From a virus (taxonomy: Duplodnaviria; Caudoviricetes), in the IMG/VR virus record IMGVR_UViG_3300037042_003862, positions 1-54,531 of that record: 54,531 bases of DNA, one strand, 5' to 3'. Position 1 is the stretch's first letter. Each line of letters starts with the position of its first letter. Positions 12,815-21,882 of the stretch are shown here, one piece after another. The notes beneath the pieces were generated by a model. It was not told the origin of the DNA. It worked only from the letters and a program-made list of their open reading frames with translations, and ran no database searches. The position numbers were made by a program, and so were the translations under genes.

Positions 12815-14317
12815 CTACCCCGAGAATGCTGAGACGGTCGAGGCCCAGTCTCGCTTTTCCAGCCAGCAAGAGATTGCTTTGAATACGGCATCGCTGAAAC
12901 CACCAACCCTCAGCACGTCGGGTTGCGCCGACAGCGTGTCCGTGGCGTTGGGCTCGATGTTGAGCCGAACCTGCTTCACCCCCGGGTTGATGCGGCGAAT
13001 CTCCCTCCAGTGAACGTCGGAGGCTCCGGCATACTCCATCCAGCTCATGTTGTCGCTGATCATGATGAGTTGGTTGAACTCGACTCGATTTGAGACGAGG
13101 TGCCTCAGAACAGAGTCTGCGTCCGTCCCCCCGAGGGGCCGGGGGAACCCGGCCATCAGAGTCGGGACGCTGTCTAGGGGGTTGAGGGCATGCTCGACAC
13201 AACTGTCGTTGAAGACGAGGACCTGGGTGTTGGTCGGGTTGCGCTTCACGAGGGCCGCCGCGAACAGCGCCGCCACGTCGCTACAGGTCATGACGGACTT
13301 CCCTACCGCGCTCGTCATCGAGCCCGAGATGTCGAGGGCCACGACCGTCTTGCCTGGGAACACCGGAACGTTCTGCGTGGAGATGTCTAGGGCCTCCTGG
13401 ACAGCGATCTTCACCGCCATCGGGACCTCGGAGTTGTCCTTGGCGGCCAGGAAGGTCGCCAGGATCTGGTAGGGGAACTGTCGGGACCTCCGCACCAGAG
13501 CCTCGTCGCAGAGCTTGCGGGTGATGAGGCTGGTGAGGGAGATGTCCTTGAACAGGCCGTGGCGAGCGAACGTGTTGAGGTTCATCCGGATGAACTGCCA
13601 GCCGCCTCGCTCGGCGACGATCCGCCACTGCGCCGGAGTCATCTGGACGCTGTCGATCATGTTGAACGGAACGTCCGGCGGATCGCCCACAGGGTTCTCG
13701 CGGAAGGCCAGTGTCTGGCGCACCACCTCCGGCAGGACCTCGGGGGTGGGCTTGCCGCAGAGGAGCTTGAACAGGCCCTCCCTCTCCGGACCTCCGGCCT
13801 TGGGCGACGGATGCGACAGGCGGAGAACGTCGGCCAAGCTCGGGTTCTTGGCGATGCTCTGTGTCCAGAGGTAGTCGTTGGTTTGCTTCGCCAACCAGTT
13901 GTTGATCAGCCGCTTGCCGGCCGTGCCGAGGCTCTTGCGCCCGAGCTTCCCCGAGCGGACCGCCTGGACGAAGTTGGACAACATCTTCACGTTGTCGATG
14001 ATCTTGTCGAACACCGGCTGCGTGATCACCGGGCTGCGCTTGCCGAACAGGTATGCGGCGAGAACGGCCGGAGAGTCCTTCATGAACCCCGCGTGCCGAG
14101 CGTAGATGGCCACCTGAGCAACGAAGTTGTCTGGGCAGAGACGGGCGGCCTCCAAGAGCTGATCGAGCTGAGTCTCAGCCTTGGTGTAGAAGGTGTCCTG
14201 AAACATCCCAGTCACAGCAAGCTGAGCCAGGGCGTCCTTCGGAGAGTAGGAGTATGCTGCTCCGCCGGCAGCGTTGTTGGTATCCGGCGAGTTGCCGGCA
14301 AATAGGTCGAGGTTCAT
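12815..14317 (-). CDS. rsr: Ro60/Rsr-like TROVE-vWA RNA-binding protein
   Basis: N.AGG.AY, LAQLA.TG...TFY, MKD.PA.L.A.L, GRKSLG, RMNLNTFARHG, FPYQ, vWA MIDAS DISGSM, GGTD, ISDN.SW. Confidence 0.92.
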   Translation of the reverse strand: MNLDLFAGNSPDTNNAAGGAAYSYSPKDALAQLAVTGMFQDTFYTKAETQLDQLLEAARLCPDNFVAQVAIYARHAGFMKDSPAVLAAYLFGKRSPVITQPVFDKIIDNVKMLSNFVQAVRSGKLGRKSLGTAGKRLINNWLAKQTNDYLWTQSIAKNPSLADVLRLSHPSPKAGGPEREGLFKLLCGKPTPEVLPEVVRQTLAFRENPVGDPPDVPFNMIDSVQMTPAQWRIVAERGGWQFIRMNLNTFARHGLFKDISLTSLITRKLCDEALVRRSRQFPYQILATFLAAKDNSEVPMAVKIAVQEALDISTQNVPVFPGKTVVALDISGSMTSAVGKSVMTCSDVAALFAAALVKRNPTNTQVLVFNDSCVEHALNPLDSVPTLMAGFPRPLGGTDADSVLRHLVSNRVEFNQLIMISDNMSWMEYAGASDVHWREIRRINPGVKQVRLNIEPNATDTLSAQPDVLRVGGFSDAVFKAISCWLEKRDWASTVSAFSG

Positions 14318-14592
14318 AGTTGGTTGTAGAAGGTTCTGTTGACGTTCACTCGTTGAGTTGCTTCATCCCCGTATCGGCGGAAGGCACACACGACATCGGC
14401 GTGCGCTACGGGGTAGGGGAGCAGGGTAGCTGCGTGAGACGGGTGCTTGTAGATGGCCTGGACCCATTCGTTGATCTCGTCCGGGTCGGTCTCTCCAAGC
14501 TCCTCAGCAATAGCCATGGCGCGGTCCGATGCTGAGACGTTGTAGTTGTAGAGCGCGATCACGGTCGCAGCAACGAAAGGGTCCCAGGTCAC
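14314..14592 (-). CDS. Hypothetical protein
   Basis: 92 aa, coupled to Ro60 by ATGA overlap. Confidence 0.65.
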   Translation of the reverse strand: MTWDPFVAATVIALYNYNVSASDRAMAIAEELGETDPDEINEWVQAIYKHPSHAATLLPYPVAHADVVCAFRRYGDEATQRVNVNRTFYNQL

Positions 14593-14900
14593 TTCGGCCT
14601 CCGGTCCATGATGTTGTGGATGGCACCCCCGATCTGGGCCTCGTTCTGGAGGCCGCGCAGCGCCTGGGCTACCGCCCCGAGAGCCTGGGACGCCATCCCC
14701 AACTCCTGGGCCGCCTTCTCAAAGTGCCGGCTGGAGGCCATGAGCCCACAGGGAGGGCAGGGCTGGAGGGACCTGGTCTTGTCGGAATACTCCGTCATCA
14801 CGCAGCCGCAGGGGCGGTTCTCGTTGCTGGTGACGAGGCGGACGGAACTCGGTTGTTGTTTTTCGGTCATGATGCTTTCTCTCGGGGGAGGGGGGTTCAT
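14589..14900 (-). CDS. Hypothetical protein with Cys motifs
   Basis: PCGC and PCPPCG; start may be MTEKQ at 14870. Confidence 0.6.
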   Translation of the reverse strand: MNPPPPRESIMTEKQQPSSVRLVTSNENRPCGCVMTEYSDKTRSLQPCPPCGLMASSRHFEKAAQELGMASQALGAVAQALRGLQNEAQIGGAIHNIMDRRPK

Positions 14901-14919
14901 GGTTCTGCCGCTCCGGCGG

Positions 14920-15201
14920 CTAGGTTGAGAGGGAGGTTAGGACGCCCAGGAAGAACCCGAGCAGGCGCGCATCCGCGCTGTCGGCATTGCGGACTGCGGA
15001 GATGCCGGCGAAGAGAAGCACGTTGTGCGTCTCCGCGGTCACGGCCTCCTCCCAACCCGGCTGGACAACGCCGCCAGCATTGAGGTAGGCAGCGCGCTGG
15101 ATTGCGTAGGCAGCGACCTCGGCCGCGGACCTCTGGAGCTGGACTCCGGAGTCCTTGACCAACTGGTCGAGCATCGTCTTGATCTGTTGTTCCTTGCTCA
15201 T
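14920..15201 (-). CDS. Hypothetical protein
   Basis: 93 aa, coupled to the upstream lipoprotein. Confidence 0.7.
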   Translation of the reverse strand: MSKEQQIKTMLDQLVKDSGVQLQRSAAEVAAYAIQRAAYLNAGGVVQPGWEEAVTAETHNVLLFAGISAVRNADSADARLLGFFLGVLTSLST

Positions 15202-15566
15202 GGCTGCCTCAGGTAGGTGGCCCGGGCCTCAGCCCAACGGAGTAGACGCTCCCGGAGGGACCCGGCAGCTACTGTGCCCAGCTGCCCCGCGTTGAGGCGG
15301 CGGTTGATGTCGCTATTGGCCAGACCGTCGAGGAGGGTCCAGTTCACCGTAGCGAATGTGATGGGGTCGTTGTTGGCCAGCGACTCGTTCACCTTCACTA
15401 CCTGTGGGGCAACGTCGATCTGGGCCAGAACAGCCTCCCGCTCTACCTGGGCCTGAATTGCGGCCCAAGAGGTGATCATTGCGGGGAGTAGGGTGTTGGA
15501 GCGGATCAAGGAGCCGCTACACGCGGCAACCAAGAGGGCGAGCCCTAGGAAGAGACTTCTGCGCAT
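15198..15566 (-). CDS. Putative lipoprotein
   Basis: Start moved to MRRSLFLGLALLVAAC (lipobox), GGAGG upstream. Confidence 0.7.
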   Translation of the reverse strand: MRRSLFLGLALLVAACSGSLIRSNTLLPAMITSWAAIQAQVEREAVLAQIDVAPQVVKVNESLANNDPITFATVNWTLLDGLANSDINRRLNAGQLGTVAAGSLRERLLRWAEARATYLRQP

Positions 15567-15742
15567 CAGACAAACCTCCATTGAGGGGGGAACCAAACCT
15601 GACACTCCAGGATGGAGTGGAACACTCGGACCATAGCGGGGGTCACATCACGCGACCTCCGCAGAACTGCGCAAAACAGAGCGGAGCGAGGGCCGTGGAA
15701 CTCGGAGCAGATCGACAGCATTGCTTTTGCCTGGGGGTTCAT
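15566..15742 (-). CDS. Hypothetical protein (58 aa, not in ORF track)
   Basis: MNPQAKAM...WRFV, TGATG overlap with next gene. Confidence 0.4.
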   Translation of the reverse strand: MNPQAKAMLSICSEFHGPRSALFCAVLRRSRDVTPAMVRVFHSILECQVWFPPQWRFV

Positions 15743-15806
15743 TTCTGAATCACTCTCCGCACGATCGGTTGGACCAGCACATCGTCAAGGAACTCAGACA
15801 GGCCGC

Positions 15807-16508
15807 TCACAGATCGTCCGCCAGGTAGATGCGTCCGGCCTTCATCGTGATGCCGTGCCCGGCCGTGTAGTGGAGGTCTCGGATTGCGTAGCAGGCCTGC
15901 GCGTAGCTGAGGCCGAGCAGCTTCATCACCTCGGGGAGGGTCGTGCCGGCCGAGCGCATCACCGTCACCAGCTTCTCGCGGTTGGTCCCCGGCCGGATGT
16001 CCTTGATACGCTCCTTGCGGCGGTAGTTGAAGTTGAGCTTGCTGTTGACCTCCTGCGCATCCTCCGGCTTGGGCGGAGCCTCGACAACTCCGGCAAGGAC
16101 TTCCCCGGCGAGGACTCGCGCAGCGTTCTTCGGCAGCACGGCTCGGCCCTTCACGCGGACTCGGCCCTGCTTGCTGGCTTCGATGGCCTCGACCGCAGCG
16201 ACCGGCTTGCGGACACGCCGCTTCTCGATCTGCTTGATGAGCGTTGCTGATTCCTTCTCCGCCACGAGGGTGAAGATGTCGTCCACCGACGGGATCGGCC
16301 CACCCGCATCGAACATCTGGATGCGGGTCTGGAGGACTGCGTTCAGCTTGCTGGCCACTTCCGGGTAACGGTTGGCCATGTTGCGGAAGCGGAACAGCGC
16401 GGCCTCTCGGCTGGCAAACCGCTTGACCTTCTTCTCGGCCACTTGGTTCCAGACGTGGACCAGCTCGGGCCCGGTGAGGTCAGACAGGAGGTCGATTGGT
16501 GTGCTCAT
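15807..16508 (-). CDS. Putative DNA-binding protein with C-terminal winged helix
   Basis: Basic; GTNREKLVTVMRSAGTTLPEVMKLLGLSYAQACYAIRDL..GHGI..RIYL; preceded by promoter repeat 19. Confidence 0.75.
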   Translation of the reverse strand: MSTPIDLLSDLTGPELVHVWNQVAEKKVKRFASREAALFRFRNMANRYPEVASKLNAVLQTRIQMFDAGGPIPSVDDIFTLVAEKESATLIKQIEKRRVRKPVAAVEAIEASKQGRVRVKGRAVLPKNAARVLAGEVLAGVVEAPPKPEDAQEVNSKLNFNYRRKERIKDIRPGTNREKLVTVMRSAGTTLPEVMKLLGLSYAQACYAIRDLHYTAGHGITMKAGRIYLADDL

Positions 16509-16522
16509 GGTTCTTGGGGTTC

Positions 16523-16550
16523 TTATCGGCTGAAACGTTTGCTGACTTTA
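16523..16550 (-). promoter_or_regulatory. Sigma-28-like promoter repeat 19
   Basis: Minus strand TAAAGTCAGCAAACGTTTCAGCCGATAA (N16), 14 nt before ATG 16508. Confidence 0.8.
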
Positions 16551-16853
16551 GTCTGTCTTGATATTTCCAGACTGGTTTCGCCACTTGATGGCGGCGGCCC
16601 TCACCGCCGGATCCGGACTCAGTATGGCCGCATCAGCAAGAGCGTTGTTGAACTTTACCCTATCCTTTTTGAGGCGGGGGATCTGAGCCAACAACTGGCG
16701 GAGGTTTGCTGTGTTGAAGGCCTGCCCCAGGTCGGTCAGGGTGTCGTAGCAGCACTTGTTGAGCGGTTCCGTCTGCGAGGCTAGACCCCTCACCTCAAAT
16801 GAGGTGAGGCAGGTCCAGCAACGGAAGTGGACTGGATTGACTGACTCAGGCAT
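16548..16853 (-). CDS. Hypothetical Cys-containing protein
   Basis: 101 aa, CWTC...CC; stop is the TAA of repeat 19. Confidence 0.6.
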   Translation of the reverse strand: MPESVNPVHFRCWTCLTSFEVRGLASQTEPLNKCCYDTLTDLGQAFNTANLRQLLAQIPRLKKDRVKFNNALADAAILSPDPAVRAAAIKWRNQSGNIKTD

Positions 16854-16855
16854 GA

Positions 16856-17155
16856 TCAGCCTGCGTAGTTGCGCAGGCGTCCCGCTCCGCGGCGGGTCAG
16901 CAGCATGAGCCCCTTCGGGTTGTCCCTGACGCTGCCGTCCTTGCGGAGACCTGCGAGGACACCCTCGATGGGCTCTCCTCGGACGCGCACGACCTTGGCC
17001 ACAGCGGCCTGGGTCCGCGAGCCGCTGCCGATCGCGCTCAGCACTCGCAACTCCGTCGTGGTGACGGCCTTCTTGGGGATCGCACGGGGGGCCTTCTTTG
17101 GGGAGACTACAACCTTGACGGCCTTCCGGCGTCCCTTCTTCTTCTGCTTGCTCAT
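16856..17155 (-). CDS. Basic winged-helix-like protein
   Basis: Start moved to MSKQKKK (AGGA upstream); ELRVL.AI..G..TQAAVAK.......VLAGLRKDGSV......LTRRG. Confidence 0.7.
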   Translation of the reverse strand: MSKQKKKGRRKAVKVVVSPKKAPRAIPKKAVTTTELRVLSAIGSGSRTQAAVAKVVRVRGEPIEGVLAGLRKDGSVRDNPKGLMLLTRRGAGRLRNYAG

Positions 17156-17249
17156 TGGGTTCCTGTTTCTAGTTAATGGGACCTCAGCGCGGTCACGCTG
17201 AAGTCCCGCGTTCTCGTTCATTGTGCTGACACACATCAGCACGCAGCGG

Positions 17250-17279
17250 AGTATAGCTCCGCCCTCCCCAAAAAGTAAA
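17250..17279 (-). promoter_or_regulatory. Putative sigma-70 promoter
   Basis: TTTACT-N18-TATACT; the -10 sits inside inverted repeat GCGGAG-N5-CTCCGC (17246-17262). Confidence 0.5.
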
Positions 17280-17312
17280 ACACCCCTGATGAGGACCTCC
17301 TCATCAGGGGTG
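17270..17312 (-). terminator. Intrinsic terminator ending the replication operon
   Basis: Perfect 14-bp stem CACCCCTGATGAGG/CCTCATCAGGGGTG followed on the minus strand by TTTTACTTTTT. Confidence 0.85.
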
Positions 17313-17335
17313 CGTTACTGACGGTCCCGAGGTCT

Positions 17336-19441
17336 TCAGGACGGTGGGGTCATCGTGCGAGCGGTCGCAAACCACTCGGCTGTGCGTCGGTCGAGAGCCT
17401 CGACCGACCCCGTCAGCGCCGCGATGTAGCGGTCCAGCTTGTCCCGGAGGCCGGGATGCGCTGTGTTGTCGCGGAAGAACTCGCGACAGGCGATGAGGCC
17501 AGCGAGCGTCCATGACCCGACTCCCGGGGAGCCCGGGTTGGCGACCATGAAGCGCGCACCAGGAACCAGAGGCGAGGGCGGTGCGATTCCGTTGTCCTGG
17601 TAGAGTATGTCATCCACCGTATACCAAACCCCGCTCGTGGCCTGGAAGCATGCGAACTCCGCCAGCATCGGCATGAGGATCTGGAGGAGGTCGGTGGCCA
17701 CCCGGTAGCCCTGCTTGTGGAGCTTGTAGAGGTCGATCACAGCCAGACCGTGCTCCCACATCGAGGCCCAACGCCCCAGCGTGCCGTCCGCGTTGTAGAT
17801 CTGTTTGCGCGGATCCGGGTTGCCGAAGGCCAACACGCGCATTGGTCCGCTTACTCGGAGCATCCAGTTGTCGCGGGTCGTTGCGAGTCGGGAGTCGATG
17901 ATGTGCTTCCACTTCTGAGCATCGGCCGGAGCCGTGACCAGAGGGAAGTTGGCCCACGCACCGAACGTCCTGCCCTGGGCGCGGGCAGCACCGTTACCGA
18001 ACTGCGGGAAGCGCATCCGGTAGCAAGCCCGGTCCGTGATCTCCTGGAAGCGCAGATGGTCCTCCATCAGAGGGTCATCCGTGAGCATCAGGTAGGCCGC
18101 CAGGTTGTTCTGGCTCCTATGCTCGTCATCGTAGCCTCGCCAGCCGGTTCCGGGAGGAGCCGACATCAGAGGGTCCTTGCCCAGCCGGTCCTGACTGACC
18201 CCGGTGTGGAAGTGGGTCACGCTGTCCCAGGTCACCCAGTTGGGGTGGTTGGCTAGGTTGAGTGGTGTCCGGTCCTGTTCGTAGTGGTGAACCCCTCGGA
18301 ACAGCTCGCCCTGGACGGAATACTGGAGGACTCGGATGTGCCGAGGGTCTTGGCTGACTCCCACGATGTGGGTGCCCTTGGTCGCACCGAAGTCCTCTTG
18401 GTCCCCCGTCTGTCCTGGCTCCCGCGCCGAGCCCACCGGGCGCGGGGCGAACCAGCCGCCGACGTTCTGCTGAGCTTCCACAAACTGCTGCCAGTCCCGC
18501 TCTGCGGTGAGCGTAGCTCCGAGAGCCAAGCGCGGGACGTTCTTGTTGCCCAGCCAGTTTCCTTCCCAGTGATGGCACACGCCGACAATCGGCCCATGCA
18601 TCGCCGAGTTGAGGTCCCGGAGTCCCCGCTCCAGCACCAAGTCTGGGGCGGGCTGCATGATCTCCCCCTCCTCCGTGGTCGGGCTGGGCACAGCAAGCCG
18701 AGCTGCAGATGTGCGGACACCGCGCTGGAAGCTAAGCATGACGCCCGACAGCGGGAGTCCGGCTCCATCATTTAGCGTCAGGGGCTGCGTGTTCAGGAGC
18801 ATCGGCCAGTCATTCGTGATCGGGTCCTGCGTAGCCTGGAGGGCTCCGTGCCGCCGAGCGAAGTCAAGCACGACCAGCTCACCCGCCCTCAGCACGAGGT
18901 GTTGGAACGTGCGGTTGGGTCTCGGGTCGTTGCGGGCACTCCAGACGATCTTGCCGTAAACTGGCATGACTGGGTCATTGTGGAGAAGGTCCGCCACCCA
19001 CTCAAACACGACTCCTAGGGCGGGGATGTGCTTGCGCAGGATCCAACGCTGATGAGCCGGACCTTGCTCCAGCGGAAGCGGTCCCTCCAGATACTGGTCC
19101 CAGTGTTGGACCCCGTTGGCTTCCAGGATTCCGAGGTTGGGCACGAGGGCCGGAAGATCATCCGCCGTCCAGGGGTGTGGTGTCCAAGGGGTGACGTCAG
19201 TGACGTGGGGGCGGTTGGCCAGCTGTCCAGTCAGCCTTTCCGAGCCTTCCATGAAGGCTCGGATGCGGTAGACTGTCTTGCCGCCCTTCGTTGAGCCGCG
19301 CACGGCCCGATACTCTTGGCCGCCTGGGCGGATGAAGACACACTCAACGCCGAACGCGGCGACGAGGTTGGTGGGGTAGGTGACCGTTGCCCAATGCTGT
19401 CTGGGTAACGGAGAGAGGTTTGTCAGTGTGGTGGTTAGCAT
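17336..19441 (-). CDS. Large hypothetical protein (701 aa)
   Basis: Long ORF coupled to primase by TGATG; W/H/D-rich; no family recognised with confidence. Confidence 0.8.
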   Translation of the reverse strand: MLTTTLTNLSPLPRQHWATVTYPTNLVAAFGVECVFIRPGGQEYRAVRGSTKGGKTVYRIRAFMEGSERLTGQLANRPHVTDVTPWTPHPWTADDLPALVPNLGILEANGVQHWDQYLEGPLPLEQGPAHQRWILRKHIPALGVVFEWVADLLHNDPVMPVYGKIVWSARNDPRPNRTFQHLVLRAGELVVLDFARRHGALQATQDPITNDWPMLLNTQPLTLNDGAGLPLSGVMLSFQRGVRTSAARLAVPSPTTEEGEIMQPAPDLVLERGLRDLNSAMHGPIVGVCHHWEGNWLGNKNVPRLALGATLTAERDWQQFVEAQQNVGGWFAPRPVGSAREPGQTGDQEDFGATKGTHIVGVSQDPRHIRVLQYSVQGELFRGVHHYEQDRTPLNLANHPNWVTWDSVTHFHTGVSQDRLGKDPLMSAPPGTGWRGYDDEHRSQNNLAAYLMLTDDPLMEDHLRFQEITDRACYRMRFPQFGNGAARAQGRTFGAWANFPLVTAPADAQKWKHIIDSRLATTRDNWMLRVSGPMRVLAFGNPDPRKQIYNADGTLGRWASMWEHGLAVIDLYKLHKQGYRVATDLLQILMPMLAEFACFQATSGVWYTVDDILYQDNGIAPPSPLVPGARFMVANPGSPGVGSWTLAGLIACREFFRDNTAHPGLRDKLDRYIAALTGSVEALDRRTAEWFATARTMTPPS

Positions 19442-21882
19442 CAGAACGGCAGGACATCCTCGTGGGATGCTTCAACGGTAGCATCGACAGCAGGCCATGG
19501 CTCCGAAGGAGCCCCAAACCGCCGCTCCCACCAGTCTCGACACTGCTTGAGTGGCGGGAGGTCCCAGGCTGGGGTGTTGACGGCGATACGTTCGTTGCCC
19601 TGGGAGTCTCGCCAGGTGATAGTCCCAGACAGGCGGATGTCTCGGGCGCAGACCTCGGGGGGCAGCAACTTCTTGGCAAAGACGATCCCCAGGCTGATAT
19701 TGTTCCATCGGTTGATGGTAGGCATCCGCCTCTTGACCTCATCGAACAGCACCACCTTGGCCACCCGCTCGGGCCAGGATGCGTTGTTGCCGTCGAGGAG
19801 CCCTAGGCTGCCCGTCCGCAAGCACTCATACCAATAGGCCTCTACGGGCCCGAGGCTCATCATCTTCTCCGCACCCAGGGCAGAGGTCTCCGGCCGCGCC
19901 CGGACGTTGAACGTGGTCAGGTCCATCGTCATCAGCGTATGGAGCAGGGCGGAGTAGCCTCCAGACTCCATCTGATCGCGGATCGCTGCGAAGTGTTGGT
20001 GGGAGTTGCGTTGGTCATCCTTAACTTCCAGGATGAAGAACCGACGGTCATCCATCGCCGCAGGCACAGCCCAATCCTCGTTTGAGGACATGATGATGTG
20101 GAGGCATGATGCCCCCATCTCGATGTCTTTGCCTTTCGCCTCGATCGCCAACATGTCCTCGGTGATCAGGGCCTTCAGGATTGACTCGTGCTTTTTGTCA
20201 CCGGCATAGAAGGCCTCGTCAGCAAACAGAACCACGCAGTCACGGAGATGCGAGTTGAAGTTGCTGACGAGTCGCTTGGAGTCGCTGACGGCGAGGTAGT
20301 GGCGGCCAAACAATCGCCCAAACGTCTTGGCGAAGAATGACTTGCCTGTGCCCATCCGGCCCTTGAGCACGATCGCTGTCTGACCGCTCTCTCCCGGCCT
20401 CTGGACCGCACGAGCCATCCACCTCAGCACATACAGGTAGTTGTCCTCATCCCCACCGCAAAGGGTTGAGCGGATGTGGTGGAGGAACAGGGCGCAGTCT
20501 CCTGGGGCGGGCTCTACCCCGAACCCGCGCCAAAGGTTGTAGCAGCCCGCCACCTCCTCGTCCTCGTTCGGACGGAACACCACGCGGTCGTATTGGCGGC
20601 GCTGAGGATGACGGAGCCACCACTCAGCCAGAGGCATTTTCTCTTTGTCGCTGAGTTCCTTCCGCTGATGGAGGAATGCGTTGCGGAGGTCGTCAAACGT
20701 CATGCTCGTCAGAGTAGCCCTCTGGAGGGCCTCGTCGAAAACTTCCTCAACGACACGACAGCGTCCGCCGAAGTTGGTGATGACGGCAAACCTCTCGTTG
20801 AAAGCGCGGAGGTCCGGGTCAATCGCATACTCATGCGCCCGCTCGATCTGCCTCAGCGCATACTTCTCGGGGCGAGGCTGGTCCAGCACGTGCGCACTGA
20901 TCCCGAACCCCGGGTCAGTGACGATGCTGAAGATGGTCTCATCAGGGACCTGGTTGCGGACTAGCTCGCAGATCACATACCAGACAGCTCGCGAGCGGTC
21001 CCCGTTGAACTGAGCGAAGTCGTCAGGATTGTCTCCCTGGACGATGATGACCTTGGCTACACCCGGGACAGTCTCCGGCAGCTCGTTGATGTCGGCCAAC
21101 CGGCGAATGTTGCCGCTGACCTCGACCCGTCGCTTGGTTCGACTCTTCACAGCCCCTCCGATCCTTGAGGCTGCGGTCTCTACCGTCTGAACCTCGGGAG
21201 CTTGGAGGAACTGCTTGATGTCATAGATTCGGTCGTCATGCCTCTCAGCAACATAGGCCAGCGCCGGCACGCGGCCCTTCTTGTCCCTCTTGAGCTTGTT
21301 CGGCCAGTTGATAGTCCCGGGGAGGCGGAGGATGCGACTCACATCCTGAGCGCTGTCTCCCTCCAGCAGGTTACGGATCTGGAGGTTGTATCGAGCGAGG
21401 TCCTCAGCGTGAGCCGCATCTCGGATAGGCACCGGCTCGCGGAGCTTCCACAGCACCTGATACCCGCCGCCGGTGAATACGACTGCGGTGGGCCCAGGGA
21501 GGTCGCGGGGGCGGTCCGCGGTGACTAGGTCTCGGATGCGTTGCTGCTCGGCCTTTACATCCTCTCCCGCTCTCGGGTCTACGTCTGCGTGAAGACAAAC
21601 CAGCGCAGCGAGGTCCCCTCGATCCGGGCGGTTGCTGTTCTTGGTAGCCCAATCGGCCCGAGGCTTGGCCTGATTGGCAGTGTAGTAGAGGTTGTGATCA
21701 CTGTGATCGTCCAGCCACTTCAGCACAACATCATCGCCCTCCGAGGGGGAGAACACGCGTGACGTGATGTAGTTCTTCTTGTCCCGCTCGTCCGGATGAA
21801 TTGCGGCGAGACACCAGGGACCGTTGGGGAGCCACCAGTGAAGGAACTCCAGTGATGCCTTGTGATTAGGCTTGGGGGACAT
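19441..21882 (-). CDS. Primase-helicase (RepB-like primase plus SF3/DUF5906-type helicase)
   Basis: LHADVDP, TGGGYQ.LW, RILRLPGTIN; Walker A GRMGTGKS, FADEA; start moved to ATG after GGAGG. Confidence 0.88.
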   Translation of the reverse strand: MSPKPNHKASLEFLHWWLPNGPWCLAAIHPDERDKKNYITSRVFSPSEGDDVVLKWLDDHSDHNLYYTANQAKPRADWATKNSNRPDRGDLAALVCLHADVDPRAGEDVKAEQQRIRDLVTADRPRDLPGPTAVVFTGGGYQVLWKLREPVPIRDAAHAEDLARYNLQIRNLLEGDSAQDVSRILRLPGTINWPNKLKRDKKGRVPALAYVAERHDDRIYDIKQFLQAPEVQTVETAASRIGGAVKSRTKRRVEVSGNIRRLADINELPETVPGVAKVIIVQGDNPDDFAQFNGDRSRAVWYVICELVRNQVPDETIFSIVTDPGFGISAHVLDQPRPEKYALRQIERAHEYAIDPDLRAFNERFAVITNFGGRCRVVEEVFDEALQRATLTSMTFDDLRNAFLHQRKELSDKEKMPLAEWWLRHPQRRQYDRVVFRPNEDEEVAGCYNLWRGFGVEPAPGDCALFLHHIRSTLCGGDEDNYLYVLRWMARAVQRPGESGQTAIVLKGRMGTGKSFFAKTFGRLFGRHYLAVSDSKRLVSNFNSHLRDCVVLFADEAFYAGDKKHESILKALITEDMLAIEAKGKDIEMGASCLHIIMSSNEDWAVPAAMDDRRFFILEVKDDQRNSHQHFAAIRDQMESGGYSALLHTLMTMDLTTFNVRARPETSALGAEKMMSLGPVEAYWYECLRTGSLGLLDGNNASWPERVAKVVLFDEVKRRMPTINRWNNISLGIVFAKKLLPPEVCARDIRLSGTITWRDSQGNERIAVNTPAWDLPPLKQCRDWWERRFGAPSEPWPAVDATVEASHEDVLPF

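Noticed and set aside
12392-13202. ORFs 12392..12655, 12576..13202 and 12724..12906 across the ncRNA region
   Set aside because: Atypical composition, no coupling to neighbours, and overlap with Ro60 or with conserved RNA stems
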